Assembly: GCA_030141605.1 (NCBI GenBank)
Contig: JAQGDQ010000967.1
Span: 10,845 to 74,844, forward strand
DNA length: 64,000 bases
Reading direction: 5' to 3'
Source of the DNA: Tubiluchus corallicola
Taxonomy: Eukaryota; Animalia; Priapulida
Position numbers and translations under genes: made by a program. This document shows, in pieces, positions 10,685 through 25,380 of the stretch. The notes under the pieces were generated by a model, which was given only the letters and a program-made list of their open reading frames with translations, ran no database searches and was not told the origin of the DNA. How positions within the stretch are numbered: the first letter of the stretch is position 1; each line of letters opens with the position of its first letter.

Positions 10685-12310
10685 TTAACTGTTCATCTTG
10701 AAGGAGTATCGTCAATTGTACACTCCTGTCTGTGACTTTGTGTCGTTTAAATTTTAAAGCTAGTGTAGGCCTCTTACTTAGTCTATATTCTAACCCTATT
10801 ATGCTTTATGTATTATTTTATTACATCACATTCATATATATATATTTATTACATTATATACATATGCATATATATGTTCATTCATTCATATATTTTATAT
10901 ATATTATTACATTCATATAATATAGTAAAGCGTACACTACCTAAATTTAGTAATGTCACCTGAAGCCTCTTTACACTCATCAGTTTTTTACAGTACTTGG
11001 CTTCGTTAGATGCTGCTCTCATTCTGAAACAATAGTAAAAATGCACCGCTTGTTTTAACGAAACCAATTTCTTGGCCGAAAATATTATTGCTATTCTGAA
11101 ATTGAAATGTGGAATGACAACAAATCTTTGCGTCTTTGCAGTCGCTGAAACATTCTAAATAAAGGTTTCCTTTTACTGACGAGTGGTACTACGAAAATGG
11201 CTGACAGTGAAAAAAAATGCTGCCTTCTGCGCAATTTTTTGTTGTTGTTGTTTTTGCATATAAAATTAGTTTTGTTGCAAAGTAGCTTATATTTGCACTA
11301 GGCCTCAAAAACTGTAGAAACATGTAAAGAGCAACAAGAATAGAGTGCATCTATTTTATTTGTTTATTTATTGCTAAAAAGGGTTAAAGCAAAACCTGAC
11401 CCAATCTTAAACTGTAGGACAAAACGATTCACTCTTTAAAATATTGAAAGGAAACGTACTATTTTTTCAAAAGTTTCATGCTATTTTAAAATTTTAAAAG
11501 ACGCAATGAACACAGTGACATACCCTGAAATAGTCCTCTTCTTTAGAATTTGTTAATCTATGTAATCGAGGGCAGTCACAAAAAGAAATTTGTTTCTGTC
11601 TTACCTCATAGATGTCAGTAGTGAGGGAGCGAAAAAATTCTTCAAGCTTTGTGAATGTTTAAAGCTGAATCTTGGAATATTTAGAATCAGTTGAAATCAA
11701 GTTGTTTATTTCCTACTGGTTAGCAGTAATGATTTAAATTTTTTTCAGTGCACATTTTTTCACGCTTTGTTTTTCAGTTTCGCATTACTAAATTATCATA
11801 TAATTATCAATTATTGCATAGTCTCTCTTTTGTATCTTGAACGTTTTATGCTCTGATAATTATGGTGTAAGTGGCAACACAACTCGGAAAATTCGATACT
11901 TTTTAGCCTCCAATACAACAAGCGTCATACAAAACGGCAACCCTGGTCGAGAGTTGGCCATAGAAAAACACGGCCTCTTCCTGCATTCGCCAAAAGAACT
12001 ATTTTATAATGATTATTGCGTTTTACATTTTAAATTTAAAAAATACGCTTTTATATGACTGTGAGTAGCAAATAAGTGTATGAATAAATTATAAAATTCC
12101 CGGCAGAATGTGCGATAAAAAAATATTGGACGGAAACAGAAGTATTTTTATTGCCCGATTAAAGAATCCACCATTCTGTTAGTCATATTCGCCAATGTCT
12201 ATCTGACCAGTTTCTTCTGCAAATAGATTTTTTTAACTTGCTGAGATTTTGTCTTTTCTAAACACTTAATGTGAAAAAGAAAGGAGAAAATTTCTATTTA
12301 CGTTGTTGTG

Positions 12311-12324
12311 GTGCGCATGCGCAC
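12311..12324. promoter_or_regulatory. NRF1-type palindrome GTGCGCATGCGCAC upstream of the NIPBL ATG exon
   Basis: Perfect match to TGCGCATGCGCA in an AT-rich context. Confidence 0.4.
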
Positions 12325-14079
12325 AACGAAACTGTGAAAAGTCTTATTGTTTTGTTACTACGAAATATGCTAGTTTAAACCTGCTACATATTTTTTTGTC
12401 TATAGTCAGTAGCAAATGCAGTTTGTAGAAAAGCTTTAACGAATGTCGCAGATGCGACCATTTAATTTACAATTTATTATTTTTGTTTTGTAGTTTTAAA
12501 CTTCAGTTTTTCATTACCACTAAGTCAGTGCTGCCATCTGTTTGTACACTTGGAAGTTTCCAATATATGTATGTACTTGCTACTGCTATATGTTTGTATG
12601 TAACTGGGTCACTTGGCTTCTCTGTGAATGTAGTAGTTTTTCACACTTGGTAGCAAGATTAGAGGACAAGCAATAGGCTTAAACAGTTGTGAGGTTATAA
12701 TAACGTTTTGACTCAGGTGCCATGATATATTGGCTGATGGATTTACATTAACTTTTGTTTACTACTGTTGATTATGTTTACCATTTTCGTGTATATGTGG
12801 ATTGACTATGAGACTGATTTTGAGTAAAATACAGATTGCAAAGTTAAACCATGTTTTCATCCATTGATTTCATCTGTTTAACACGAACATCGCAACTTCA
12901 AAAACAGTTTGATAAAACATCCGACATTTAAACCTACCAATGTCGGTTGTTGGCTCTCCCCAAAACACCATAACGACAGCTTTCGTGTCACGACAACGAA
13001 ACTATGTATAGAACCTAAAATCTCGAAACCCAGTTGAAAAGTAAAGACTGGTGCTACAATGTCGCCAATGTGATGTTTGTGAAAGGCAAACTTTGAAGAA
13101 CTTTGATAAACTTTATTTTTCTGCTTTTTCCTTGAATATATTTAATTCTTTTTTTAATAATATTTTTATATGGAAAATCTGTTTATTCTTTTTTCTGGTG
13201 ATTGTGGGAAATTTTTTATTTTTTATGTAAAATTTTGTGGAAGTGGGGAGGATTGTTTAGAGTAATATATAATTACATATTATGTTTTCCTTTCTCAACT
13301 TTCAGGTTTATTGCTCTTATACCATTGCTATTATTACGTCATTTACTTCATGCTTATTTACGTTAAGTTATCTACAGAAGCATGCATAACTATAATCATT
13401 TTTCCATTTAAGTAAGCTGAGTGTGTTAATGACCGTATGGTCGTACACTCACCTCGCACTACTCAAATTATTTTATTTAAAGTTTATTAATGTGTTTGAT
13501 ATTGTATTTTTTGACGTGAAATAAAATTCATAGTTCAGAGAGATGTTTTTTCATCATTTCTTTGTCAAGTTAGAGAGTGAGAGTTTTGTAGTGGTTAGAA
13601 CCGCCGATCTTTAGATTTAGCTGTACAATACGTACAAACTATTGCATGAGTTTAATTTTGACTTTATCTAGGTAAAATACAAGATAATAATACGTACTGT
13701 GATTCATTTGCCCCTGTTAACTGACTTGTACGTTTTTACAACATCGCTTGTTCATAATAGTTATTAATTATTTAACAATTACTTGCTAAATATAAGATGG
13801 GGTCTTTTTTCCTGTTTTTTTCTGATGCGCGCAAATGCTACGCTGTGGCAGAAATTTCGGAATAATCGTATTGTTTGACGGTCGTTGAACTAGCAGAATA
13901 ATGTAGTGTTTTATTCCTCCCACAGGTGGCGGCACTTGTTGCGTGAAAGAGCACAAAATGGCACCATGATAGTTTCTCGGATTTGTGGAGAATGTAGAAT
14001 ATTGTTCCTGGATTTGTGTTCGTTTATCAGTGATTGATTATCGATTGTGTCACAGTGAAACGCAAAGCTGGAGAGCAAA

Positions 14080-14143
14080 ATGAATGGAGAGATTCCCAAC
14101 GTGCCGATCATGACGTTGGCGGGAATCGTCAGCTTGTCTGACT
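14080..14143 (+). CDS. NIPBL: NIPBL first coding exon (MNGEIPNVPIMTLAGIVSLSD); exon starts in 5' UTR at ~13926
   Basis: AAAATG start, 64 coding nt then GTAAGT (same intron position as human c.64); acceptor CCCACAG at 13919-13925. Confidence 0.93.
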
Positions 14144-17116
14144 GTAAGTAAAATTCATTTTTCAATGTTCATTCTTCCGTTTTTCTTTTGTTTTAAATGC
14201 GCTTTCTATCAAAACCACAATGTATTGTTACACCGGTTTCTACGCAGCCTAGTAATGATAATAAACTAGTGTTAATCGCTGTACGGCTTGCTCAATTTTG
14301 AATTTTGTGGTCGTTTTGTTCTTGGAGGTACTGTACCTAAAATTTGTTGACATGGGCTGCCATCTATAATGTCTGCTTCGCTTGATGTACAGTAGTTTCG
14401 CAGCTCTGCTTGTGTGGCAAGGGATGTTGTTATAGGGATGTAAGCTGCCTAGTTTACCAAACTGAAATTAATATTTCTTTGTAATTTGAATTTCTTGATG
14501 TCGGCATCATCAATAACTAGTGTTTTAATGTAATTGCTTTTTTAATTTCTGTACGTTTTTAATTTGCTTGTTTGTATTTAAAAAGTGGAAAAGTGTTCAG
14601 CTATATTGAAATTGGAATTCATTTTATCATCTGTCTGTTACACATTTCCTAACATTTTTCTTTTTTTTTCATTTCCATGTTTCACAAATGGACACAATAT
14701 ACAATACATTTATGTTATATTAGAAATTATAAAAAACTGTCAAGCGAAGTAAGAACTTTGAAGTCAATAGAGACTTGTTTGTCCAATATTTTAATGATCT
14801 GTTAGTTTTCATAATTTATAAGCATAAAAGCCAGTAAAAGTTGACATTGTGATTAAAAGAGTAGAGCGTACAAAATATAACTAGTAATTTTAAAATTCTT
14901 TACATCATAAAAAATTTATAATTGTACTATAAAAATACATCTACACATGCTTGGGTAAAAACAGGAACATTGCCTTGAAGGTAAATGAAGCCACATTCAT
15001 TTTTTAAAAACGCCTAGAGAATTTGCTTTTGTTACTACATTGAAAAGACTATTGCAAAGTGTATTTAATGATGTTAATTTTGAATTTATGGCAGTGAAAG
15101 TTGCTATGTTGTTTGCCCATTTTGTTTTTCACATAATTTTGTGCTTTGAAATATTTTAAAAGGCAACTTTTATATCAATTTTCCCATTATTCTGCAATTT
15201 TTTTTAATTTGTTTGTAGTGAATTGGTGATTATTCTTCATTCCTGTATTTTTCCATGTTGTTTTGTTTTATTTTGTCATTTTTTATTATGGTTTTATTGA
15301 CAAGAATTTGTGGCTACCAACTGCTTTGTCCTTGTCACTTAGTACTTTGTACAATGATCAGTATCAGATGATTGAAAATTTGGAATAGTTCCAAAAAAGG
15401 TTTTTGACATATTTCCAGCTCTTGTCATTCAACTTTGGTGTCTTACAGAAATTGTGTGTCGTAATAATTTCGCTATTGTTGGCAGACTTCCGTTATTTCG
15501 TTGTACCATTATTACAGCAAGATGTTTTTCAACAAAATGGGCTTTTCCAGTTCTTGTTAAGTATACATGTAATGTGGTATTAGTACGACACGTAAGTTAC
15601 ACTTTAGGTCGAAATTTTGCAAGCAGTTTTTGTACGTAAGTTACACTTTAGGTCGAAATTTTGCGAGCAGTTTTCATTGGCAATGATTTCCGTCACACGT
15701 GTTTGTCAATGGCTAAAGCAGCCTTTGGTGATAATCGGGCAATTTCTTTTCATTCAGATTTACTATAAAATCTTGGCACTGATCACTCTTGGTTTACTAA
15801 TCCGTCCGAGTGTGTTTTTGCGTCACAAAAAAATTGTTGTGTAACAGATTGTAGTAACTGCAGTAACAGGTGAACATTGCGCGAGATATTTATTGTGTAA
15901 TCATCAGCGCGAATAGAGATGCACATGCGATTTTACCACAAATATGTGATACGTCGGAACTGAAATGAGAGGTATAAAGCCTGTCTTTTGTGCAACGGTG
16001 AAAAACTAACTGCACAAATGTGAAATTGTACTTGTGTGAAAATGATTCTTTCATGTAAATCATTCTTGAAAAAAATGTTGATTATTTTTAATAATTTGTA
16101 CATTCAGTCTTTTTGAGCTATGACTTAACGTTGGTGCAATTGTGCTTTAATATTGCGTGGCAGCTATCCAGGGAAATTACTTCTCTAAAATTGGTTGTAG
16201 TTACTTCTAAAACATCTGAAAGTCGAGTTCATTATGTTGTCAAAAATTACACGTCTATTTTCAATCGGAAAATTAGTGACAGTGTTTCAGTATAACAGTA
16301 TTCAGTAAACAGAGTTACAAGATTGAAAAACGGCTACCGAAATACACTTTAGTTGAACACTTAATTTTTTTAGATTTACCTGAATCTTGTTTAAAGTATT
16401 TTTCGCGTTCTGTTGATTTTTTTCTAATTTAATTTCGGCACCATTTGCGTGGTGATGCTTTTCTGTACAAGCCTGTACAACTAAATACATTAAATTATTT
16501 TACACTTCTTGACATATGATTGTTTCTCTCAATTGCATTGCTCTAGTAAGAATTGTTTGTGCATTGTTTAACGGACAGATTGTAATTTAGTGTGTTGCAT
16601 TACACTGTAGGTCACTTCCATTTGAAAAATACAGCTGTTCTAGAGTTGTGTGTTTTTAATGAAAAAAATTTTCTTGTACAAAATAATTCTGTCATCCTTG
16701 AAATGTCCGGGATTTGTGTTTTTTTTATTTTAAAGACAATTTCAACAGGTTACGAAGTTGTGATTAGCGATCCCTTTCTTTTGTGTGATTTTTCGGCTGT
16801 AATTTTTGCACTAAAGCCACCATTTCAGCTACTAAACCCGTGTTACTGATGTTCCCAAACCCCTAGAATTAAAATTAGCTGCGCCTGTACCAACCAAGAA
16901 TGTTTATTTGGATCAAAAAGCAAATTTGAAATTTCCAGATGTTTCAAAATGATACTGTGTGATGGAAGAAAAAATTTTCTCCACAAATAATGATTAGCGG
17001 TCATTGCTAATCAATCTTTATAGGTTTTTTGTGTAGCATTTTGTTAAAAATAATTTATTTGCACTTCTGCTTATAATTTGCGCGTATTATAGGGTTCACT
17101 AATTTTTAATGATTGA

Positions 17117-17164
<48 letters not shown>

Positions 17165-20100
17165 CCAATCATTAAAAATATGTATATATACATTTCAATA
17201 TACATCAATGCAGTAAAAATGCAAAAAACCAGTACTGCGTCTGAAAGATATTATCTACTTATCAATAATGTTGACAGCCACCTTAAACTGATTTTAAAAA
17301 TTACAACATGCAAAATGTTGCATTTCAGTGTGAAGCATTTTCAAGCGTTATACATAGCAATAAATTCAATTCAAATTTGAAATTGTGTAGTAGTCGGTCG
17401 AATTTACGTAAATGCTACACATCGCCAGATGAAATTTTCACTGCAGTGGGCCTATATAGTTGGCTTACTACAGTTCTGCAGTATTTTCCCCTGATGTATA
17501 TTTTTGGTTTCAGTTTTGCTCTTCCTCTGGCATGTTAACTTAGGAAAGTTCATATCATTCTAAGTTCTTGATTTTATTATTCATAAATATATAATGCGTG
17601 ACAATTCAATTCAATTTATTTGAATTCTGTTGACACTGTACGTAAAACTGTTTGTTTGTATATTAGTATTATTTCTGTATATTATATTAATTACAGAATT
17701 ATGTCATTGTATCAAGTTTGTATATCAGATCTGCAGCTGAGAATCTATTATTTTTGAGATTATTAGTTGCAATAATTACTCAGCAGAGCATACCTGCCAA
17801 TCACTGCCGTGGTGTATGGGTTAAAACGTTGCGTTCTGTGCTGACGTGTGAAATGACCTTGAGTAACTTTCACCTGGTTAAGCCTTTAGTTTCCTAACAT
17901 CACCCACAGTCCGCCCATATTACGACAACGATTTTGACTTCAGGTGATCTGTGACATTAATTATTGTGCAATTCGATTTTTGTGAACGCAGTGAACGTTA
18001 GAAATGCTTCAAATGTACGCGACGAAGTGTGTGAGTGTTTATAGTCCTGCTGGTGTTGTTGTTGTTTACTGTGAAATTACATTTTACAAACAACGAAATT
18101 CCCTCCGTGATTTGTTCGACGTGCGTATTCTTTCTTTGGATCGTTATTTAGTCAGCCTAATATTACCAACTAGCAAATACATTCTGCTGTTCGAATTCTT
18201 TCTTCCTATATGTTCATTGATGATGACCGTATGTTGTATATGACCTATGCTGTATATACGTATTTTGTATGTGACGTATGCTGTACATGACGTATTCTGT
18301 GTATGACGTATGCTGTACATGACGTATCTGTGTATAACGTATGCTGTATATGACGTATGTTGAATGTATGTGACATATGCTGTATAAGACGTATGTTGTA
18401 CATGACGTATGCTGTACATGACGTATGTTGTATATGACGTATGCTGTATAAGACTATGTTGTACATGACGTATGCTGTACATGACGTATGCTGTATATGA
18501 CCTGTCCTGTATATGACGTATGTTGTATAAGAGGTATGCTGTACATGACGTATGTTGTATATGACGTATGCTGTACATGACGTATGTTGTATAAGACGTA
18601 TGATAAGCCGCTTTGTCGTGTTTCAAGGTCATAAATTTTTCATCGAATCAGGGTAAAGAAGCTGTCTAATTCACCTAATCTGAATAATTAAATTTTTTGC
18701 ACTATCTTCACTAACTTCTTGTAAATATTTTTCAAAAAATCGTGACTAATAACCGGTTTTTTTAATGTTTAATGCAGATGCCACTGGACAAGCATCTATA
18801 TTTTTTTAGATTTTTTTATATATGATCACTAAGCGTTGCAGACTGTTGCACATAATTAATGCATCTGCTTTGAGCTCAGGATACTTGCAGCTGACAGAGA
18901 AAGAGTGAATGAATAGAATGAACGAAGGTTGCTAATCCGGAAAAGAAAGAATGGGAATAAATGAATGAAATGCAGCAGAAATAAATCACGATCCAGTGAA
19001 AACAGTTGCAAACTGAGTATCATATAGTGCTAGCACTACACTAAATCACGAGCCTTGCTTTTTTTAAGAATAGTAGAAATGCTTGATATATTTTTTTTAT
19101 TTTACATTTATTTTAGTGCAAGGAAAGTACCTTAGACCAGTGAGCAAAACTTAATTAAAAATCTCTCTTTAAAATAACTGGAAGATGTATAAAAAACATA
19201 TTTATATGAAGAGCAGAGGATTAGTAGGAGTAAGCTAAATATTTAAGAAAGTTTAATAAGTTTACTGTATAATTTCATTACTTGAATTTAAAACTCCCTG
19301 ATGAAGGCTAAAAGTACTTTTACAATCTCTTTAAAAGATTGCAACCATTCTTTGCACATATTCTAGCAGTTCTGGTGACTTATACTAGGCAAAAACATCG
19401 TTAATGTAAAATAGCATGTCGCTTTTAGTTTTCTAACAGTACCAAGATTAAAACTGATACAGAGATTAGAACAGTAGAAACGTGAACAATAAACTTTAAA
19501 CAGAATGCGTATGTCATCAACAATGCAAAAACTAAAATTTCTGTAAAAATATCGAACATATTTCTTACTAATATTTGCATTTCAGTACGCCTTTGATTGA
19601 GTTCAATATAAAATATTGATGTGACTAGTAGAGACTGTTAGTTGGTGTTGTTACTGTATATTGTATATGATCTCTGTCATTTACTTAGTAGCCTAGCAAT
19701 TGTAAAAATGTACTGTGTAGTGTACATAAAATAACTGGACGAAACAGATGAGCTACGGTCAAATGTTATCTGAATCTAGCTACTTAATTCTAGTGCAGAA
19801 TTCATTTTGTGCATTAAAATTTCACTTCAGTTTTGTCATGTTGTCGTTGTGAACGACCGAAAATCATAAAAAAATACATTTAATTTGCAATCAGATTAAT
19901 AACCTGTAAAACCGCTATTACTGTAGTACATATGGCTTCTATCTATCTGTTACCTATTCTAGAAAATGGGTCTAACCTAATAGTGAACGGTTTGCTCTAG
20001 TTTTGCTATATTCTGTACTACCTGTTGGCTTTTACAAGACATTATATGCAGACATCATTTTACCTAGATTTCTGTGGAAACTTCTGTATCAATAAACGTT

Positions 20101-23100
20101 TAAAGTTTATTCTACTGTTATACCTTTTGTCAACACGACACATGTTTATCTGAATCCAAAAAATGTTAACAGCAACGTTGATTTAAATGCGCTGTTGTCG
20201 TAATTTTTGTGCCAAAATTTGCTTTCTTACCATCATGTCAAATTTATTTAAAATTGAATGCTAATCAATGATACTTGCTATTCTTTCGCTATTTCTTGAT
20301 TTATGTTGTTGGATTATATGCGAATGGCTATTAATTTACAAATTTATATCTGAGAAGTTTAAGTTTTAATACAAAAACTTGCAGAACTCGATTATTATAT
20401 TCTTGTTGGTGTAACCTTCTGTTTAGTGGGCTTCAGTCACAGTAAGGGCTGCGTTTGTGAGTTGCAGTGCGCATGCGTCACTTTGTTTGCTTAGTGAGAG
20501 CTCGCTTGAACTGTTGTAGGATTTAGTCATGCTCACAGTATGCTCTTGGATGGCGACTCCTATTCAATAGAGAGGGAGAGAGCGAGTGGGGAGCTAGCAG
20601 GAGGTTGTGCAGAAGTTTTAAAATGCATTGTATGGTGTGCGGAATACTTACTATAAAATATTTCTGTGCCTTAAGAACTTAGAGGGTTGCCCTTGATAGT
20701 GATATGAGTGCCGGTCGTGCCTCGATCTTTCATAGTCATCTGAAATAGGATGTGTTCTGGATGCAGTCAAAATTACAAAATATATGTTAATGAAATTGTT
20801 TTGAAAATTCAGTATTTTTTAATTTGGTTTATTCAAGTGTTTCATGCGAACTTGTAGCGAAATTATAATTAGAATGGAAGTTTTAATTTTCCTCGTGTAG
20901 AGTTTAAATTCTCAATTCGGTGTGAATCTTATCACGTGAACGTATTTTTTCTGTGTACTGAGGACTTTTGTTGGTTTCAGCGGAATGTGCTAATTTGTGT
21001 ACCTGCCATTTCACGTTGTCAGTTGAAAGCTTTTTGCAAAACTTCGTATTGTCGTGCTCGTAGTCAAATAAACTTTTTTGACTGGAATTACTGCTTGGCA
21101 GTAACGCGCACATTCTTTTTTATTATTTCAAATCGCACCGTAGTTGATACACTTCTGGCTAGCGCTGTGGGCAAACTACAACGTTCTAATTTGTAAAATG
21201 TTGCTAATTTCTTTTAGAAATTGATCCAGTGTCAACCACTGTATTACCATATCGACTGTTTGACATTTGAAGACACGCATTTAGCTTTTTCGTTCCTTTC
21301 CGTTCCATATTTTACAAATTCAAATTGCTGTGTAGAATGACGTCTGTCAAAAATACTAGCTTTGTTGTACGACAACAATTCAACTAATGCAAGGTATGTC
21401 CTTGGCACATTAACTTTCACAACATGGGCCTTATTTAAATAGTGTCAGTCGTAAGGTGGAAATGATACGTCCTCAGTAACAATTATAATTAGCGGGCGTC
21501 GTTAGCAACGGTGCTGACAGTGGAAACAGTGGGTGACAGGGGAAAATTACGCCTTCTAGTGGCATGTAAGGAAAGGGGAGAAATATTTCCAGAAAAAAAT
21601 CTATCCTGTTTAAATTTAAGTTAGTATTAGTAATAATAGTTAATAGCATAGCTGTCTAGACATTGTGAACGTTTACAGGCCTTGGCAAAATGAAACCCAC
21701 TAGCTGTCTAGACATCGTGAACATTTACAGCCCTTGATCAAAATGAAACCATCGGGCTGCGAAGGAAAGACGGACACACATATTCACATAGCCTAGAAGC
21801 AGGGTTGAAGTATAGGCTTCAGTCTAGTGTCACTCAAGCTTGGGGGGGGGCATATTTTGTATTGATGAATAATTCATATAAGTTAAAATAAAATTTCAAC
21901 TTTAAAAAGGGATGCCTGGAAGTCTGAAAATCGCCTGTTCAATTGAGATAAAGGATCCGTGTTTGTGGCCCTTTATTTGAGACAAGGGGCTCCTGCTTGA
22001 GGCTTTTTAGTTGAGACAAGGGGCCCTTGTTTGTGGCCCTTTATTTGAGACAAGGGGCGCTTGTTTGAGGCCTTTTATTTGAGACAAGGGGCTCCTGTTT
22101 GAGTCCCTTTAATTGAGACATTGGGCCCCAGTTATGCAGATGTTGCTAAAATATATCAAAGTAAAAACTATTCAAAGAGTGAATGGCGAATTAGAAGATG
22201 GCTTCGCCTGAGGGGGGCCCATAATTTCATTAGCCCAGGTGCCCCAAAAGATCATAATCCGCCCCTGCTTAGAAAGCTCGTGTTACTATTACCTTAATGG
22301 ATTTTTGTAGAATGAATAAATTAAATTTCGTTATGTTATGCACTGTCTTGGGTATTTTTGGCTCGACCACTGCGTGCCACCCCCGCAGCGTCGTGAATGG
22401 ACTCGACCACTGTGCGCCACCCCCGCAGCGTCGTGAATGGGCTCGACCATTGTTTCACCCCCGCAACGTCGTGAATGGACTCGACCGCTTGTCTGTCTGC
22501 TGGATCTTGCTGCGCCGCTGTTCAGTAAACAGACTGTACAAGGGACGCCTACACTCACGTTTGCGAGGGGTGAGTAGTCTTTCCGGGCCTCATCTTTTCT
22601 TACTTTGCGTGGCTAGCTGCTGGACAGGTTCGATTTGTGCATTTTTTATTATTTTTTTTAAAAAACTAACGTTCTTCGACGCATGTTTTTTTGATTGGAT
22701 ACGTGCCAAGCTGCAATGACGTCACAGATGAGAGAGAGGCTGAACAAATGCTGTACCTGCGTTCTCTGTACATTGCTGGTTTGTCGACATGACGTGTGTA
22801 CAGACAGACTGTACGTAAGCAGCAGTTCGTCTAACTATGTGTGACGAGATTTTGGCTCTAGTTTGCTTGCAGCATATATGGAAATGAATCCAGTAGGTTT
22901 TCTATGTTGTACTTTGACTTGTAGTTACTTGGGCATAAGTTACGTGTCTAATTTAGGCATAGTTCTTGCTGTCTGCTTGGTGCATGTTTAAAGATGTTCA
23001 TTTGTTTATCTCTGGTATTAAAATTTACTTTAGGAATGACTTTGGGAAATCCAGCGCAAAATTATGTAGCAAACTCTTTCTTCTGCTTCCATCATCCTCG

Positions 23101-25309
23101 ACACAATTTTCAAAATCCCCATCATCAGCTTCTATATATAAAAAAGTCTTTGCCTTTTTGTTGTTTGACTAATTGAGTTTTTGAGGCTCTGATTTTGAAA
23201 TCGAGGGACAGGGTCTGTTGTACTGTGTAAGTATGATTGATCCAGAGCTTATTCTAATTCACTGTGTCTTATTTAAACGCGTGCCGCATGCGTACGTTGT
23301 AACTGCAGTACTTGGTGCTGTACGTTGACGCGTGCCGCATGCGTACATTGTAACTGCACTACTTGGTGCTGTACGTTGACGCGTGCCGCATGCATACATT
23401 GTTACTGCAGTACTTGGTGTTGTAATAGTATTGCAAAGATGCATTGTCTGCATTGACACGCTTTTTAATTGTTTACTTAAAATTATGTGCCAAATCATAT
23501 GCAGGTGCACAGAACTGGAAGGCACTGCCGTATGGTGCTGTGAAACACACGCACGCAGACACAGGCACTTATTATTCGTGTTTTTACTCCCTACCAAATT
23601 CTTCACTCTAATGTTTCAAGGTAAGCTAGGAAAACTACTGACCGTCAAATTTCTACTGAGACCCTACAGGCTCTCCCGAATTGGGGAAATTAATACAATA
23701 AATGTGACATGAAAATATTTATGTGACAGTCAGAAAAATAGCTCAATTTTACTTGGAATTTTTAGCCTTGAAATTCCCATCACAAACCATTGAAAAATGG
23801 TAGAAGTGAAATAAGTGCAAAAGAACAATTCTAACAGTAATCAGTGTTTAGTTAGTTTAAACATAATTTATTTTAGGATTGGATGAGACAGTTTGAACTA
23901 CATGATTTAGGATCCTCACCACAACAGACTTTATACACTATTTACAAAAACATTTACAGTAAGAATAGACTATAACTACACAAGCTGACAAGTTTTACTA
24001 CAAGATTACATGAGACATTAGTAGAAAATGACGGTTAGGAAGTATTAATGTACGAATATTTAAGTAATCAGTGTCTTGTGCTGTGCATTATATGATTGTA
24101 TTTGACAAGCGACTGTGTTATTATATAGTTATCGTTTAGAAGCAAAAAAAGTTTTGATGAGAGTTTGCACTTCTGTCTGCTCTGTTTCACTGTGAAGATA
24201 GTTCGAGAAGGTAGTGTGCTCGCTTCCCACCTGGCAGGTTGCGGGTTCAACTCCCGGCCGAGAATACCAAAGATTTAAAAAATGGTGCCGCTGGTTCTTC
24301 CATCAAGCACGCGTGTTTTTCAAAGTAACGTGTGCGAATAATAATAATCGGGACCATTATGGAAAGAAGTATAGAATTACGTAAGATATTCCTGAATGAA
24401 GTTACTATTGTTATTGTAGTGCACACCGGGTTTTTAAAACAAATTTCCACTGTAAAATTTTGATCGGCTTGTTCAATTTTCTCAGTGTCCATTCCCACAA
24501 GAAATTTTGATTCATAAAAATGCTGCAATGGAATTAAAAAGCACGACATTAGAGATAAATGTTTGTTCGTGTTGGGCAACAATAAAAATCAGTAAATTAT
24601 TAAAAATGGTGTCATATTTCGAAACAAAACTTATTTTAGTGCTAAATGTTTCAAACGCGAAGGTTCTGATAAAACTCTAGTACTCAGCAGGCTGCGTACT
24701 AGCTGTATAAGCCAGCGTTTACGAGGGAATTCTACTGCACATGCGCACTAGCGGCGTGTAGTATGCGTCTGCTCACTTGGCACTCGAGCGAGCACATCAA
24801 TGAAATGTCTGCGACATTACTCTGCCTTGTAAGTGCCACTGTAGGCTAAGCAAAATGGGGGGCTGTGATTTTCGTCACTTAACTACGGTAATTTGAGGAG
24901 TCCTTGTACGAATTCTTGTATTACTGCTACAGTCTCTATTAAACACAGGTAACTTTTGTTATTTAAATCGCTGTCTTGTTTACGTTAACGTTATTGACCT
25001 TTGTTAATAACGCATGCAAATCATAGTTCTTTTTTTTTAAATTAGGTTATGTAAAGTTTTGGTTTGTAAAATATTGTATGAGCAGCACTATTAGTGATTC
25101 GTGAAGAATCCCACGACAGGGCCAAGGAAATAACGTGAGGTTTTAAACTATCGCTGCACTATATATCTATTTTCGGGGGAGAGAGGTCACATAAACGTAT
25201 AAATCCAGGTAAAAAGGTCGTGTAAAAAAAGAAATAAACCAACCTTAAGATATTGAACAAAACTTGATTTCTTTCACATACATGTAATGCCACCATGGAT
25301 AGATAGATT

Positions 25310-25380
<71 letters not shown>

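Noticed and set aside
19295-19325. CCTGATGAAGGC as a hammerhead ribozyme core
   Set aside because: No complementary stem II or downstream GAAA core
24198-24262. tRNA gene
   Set aside because: A B-box is present but I could not build a cloverleaf; it continues into a SINE-like domain
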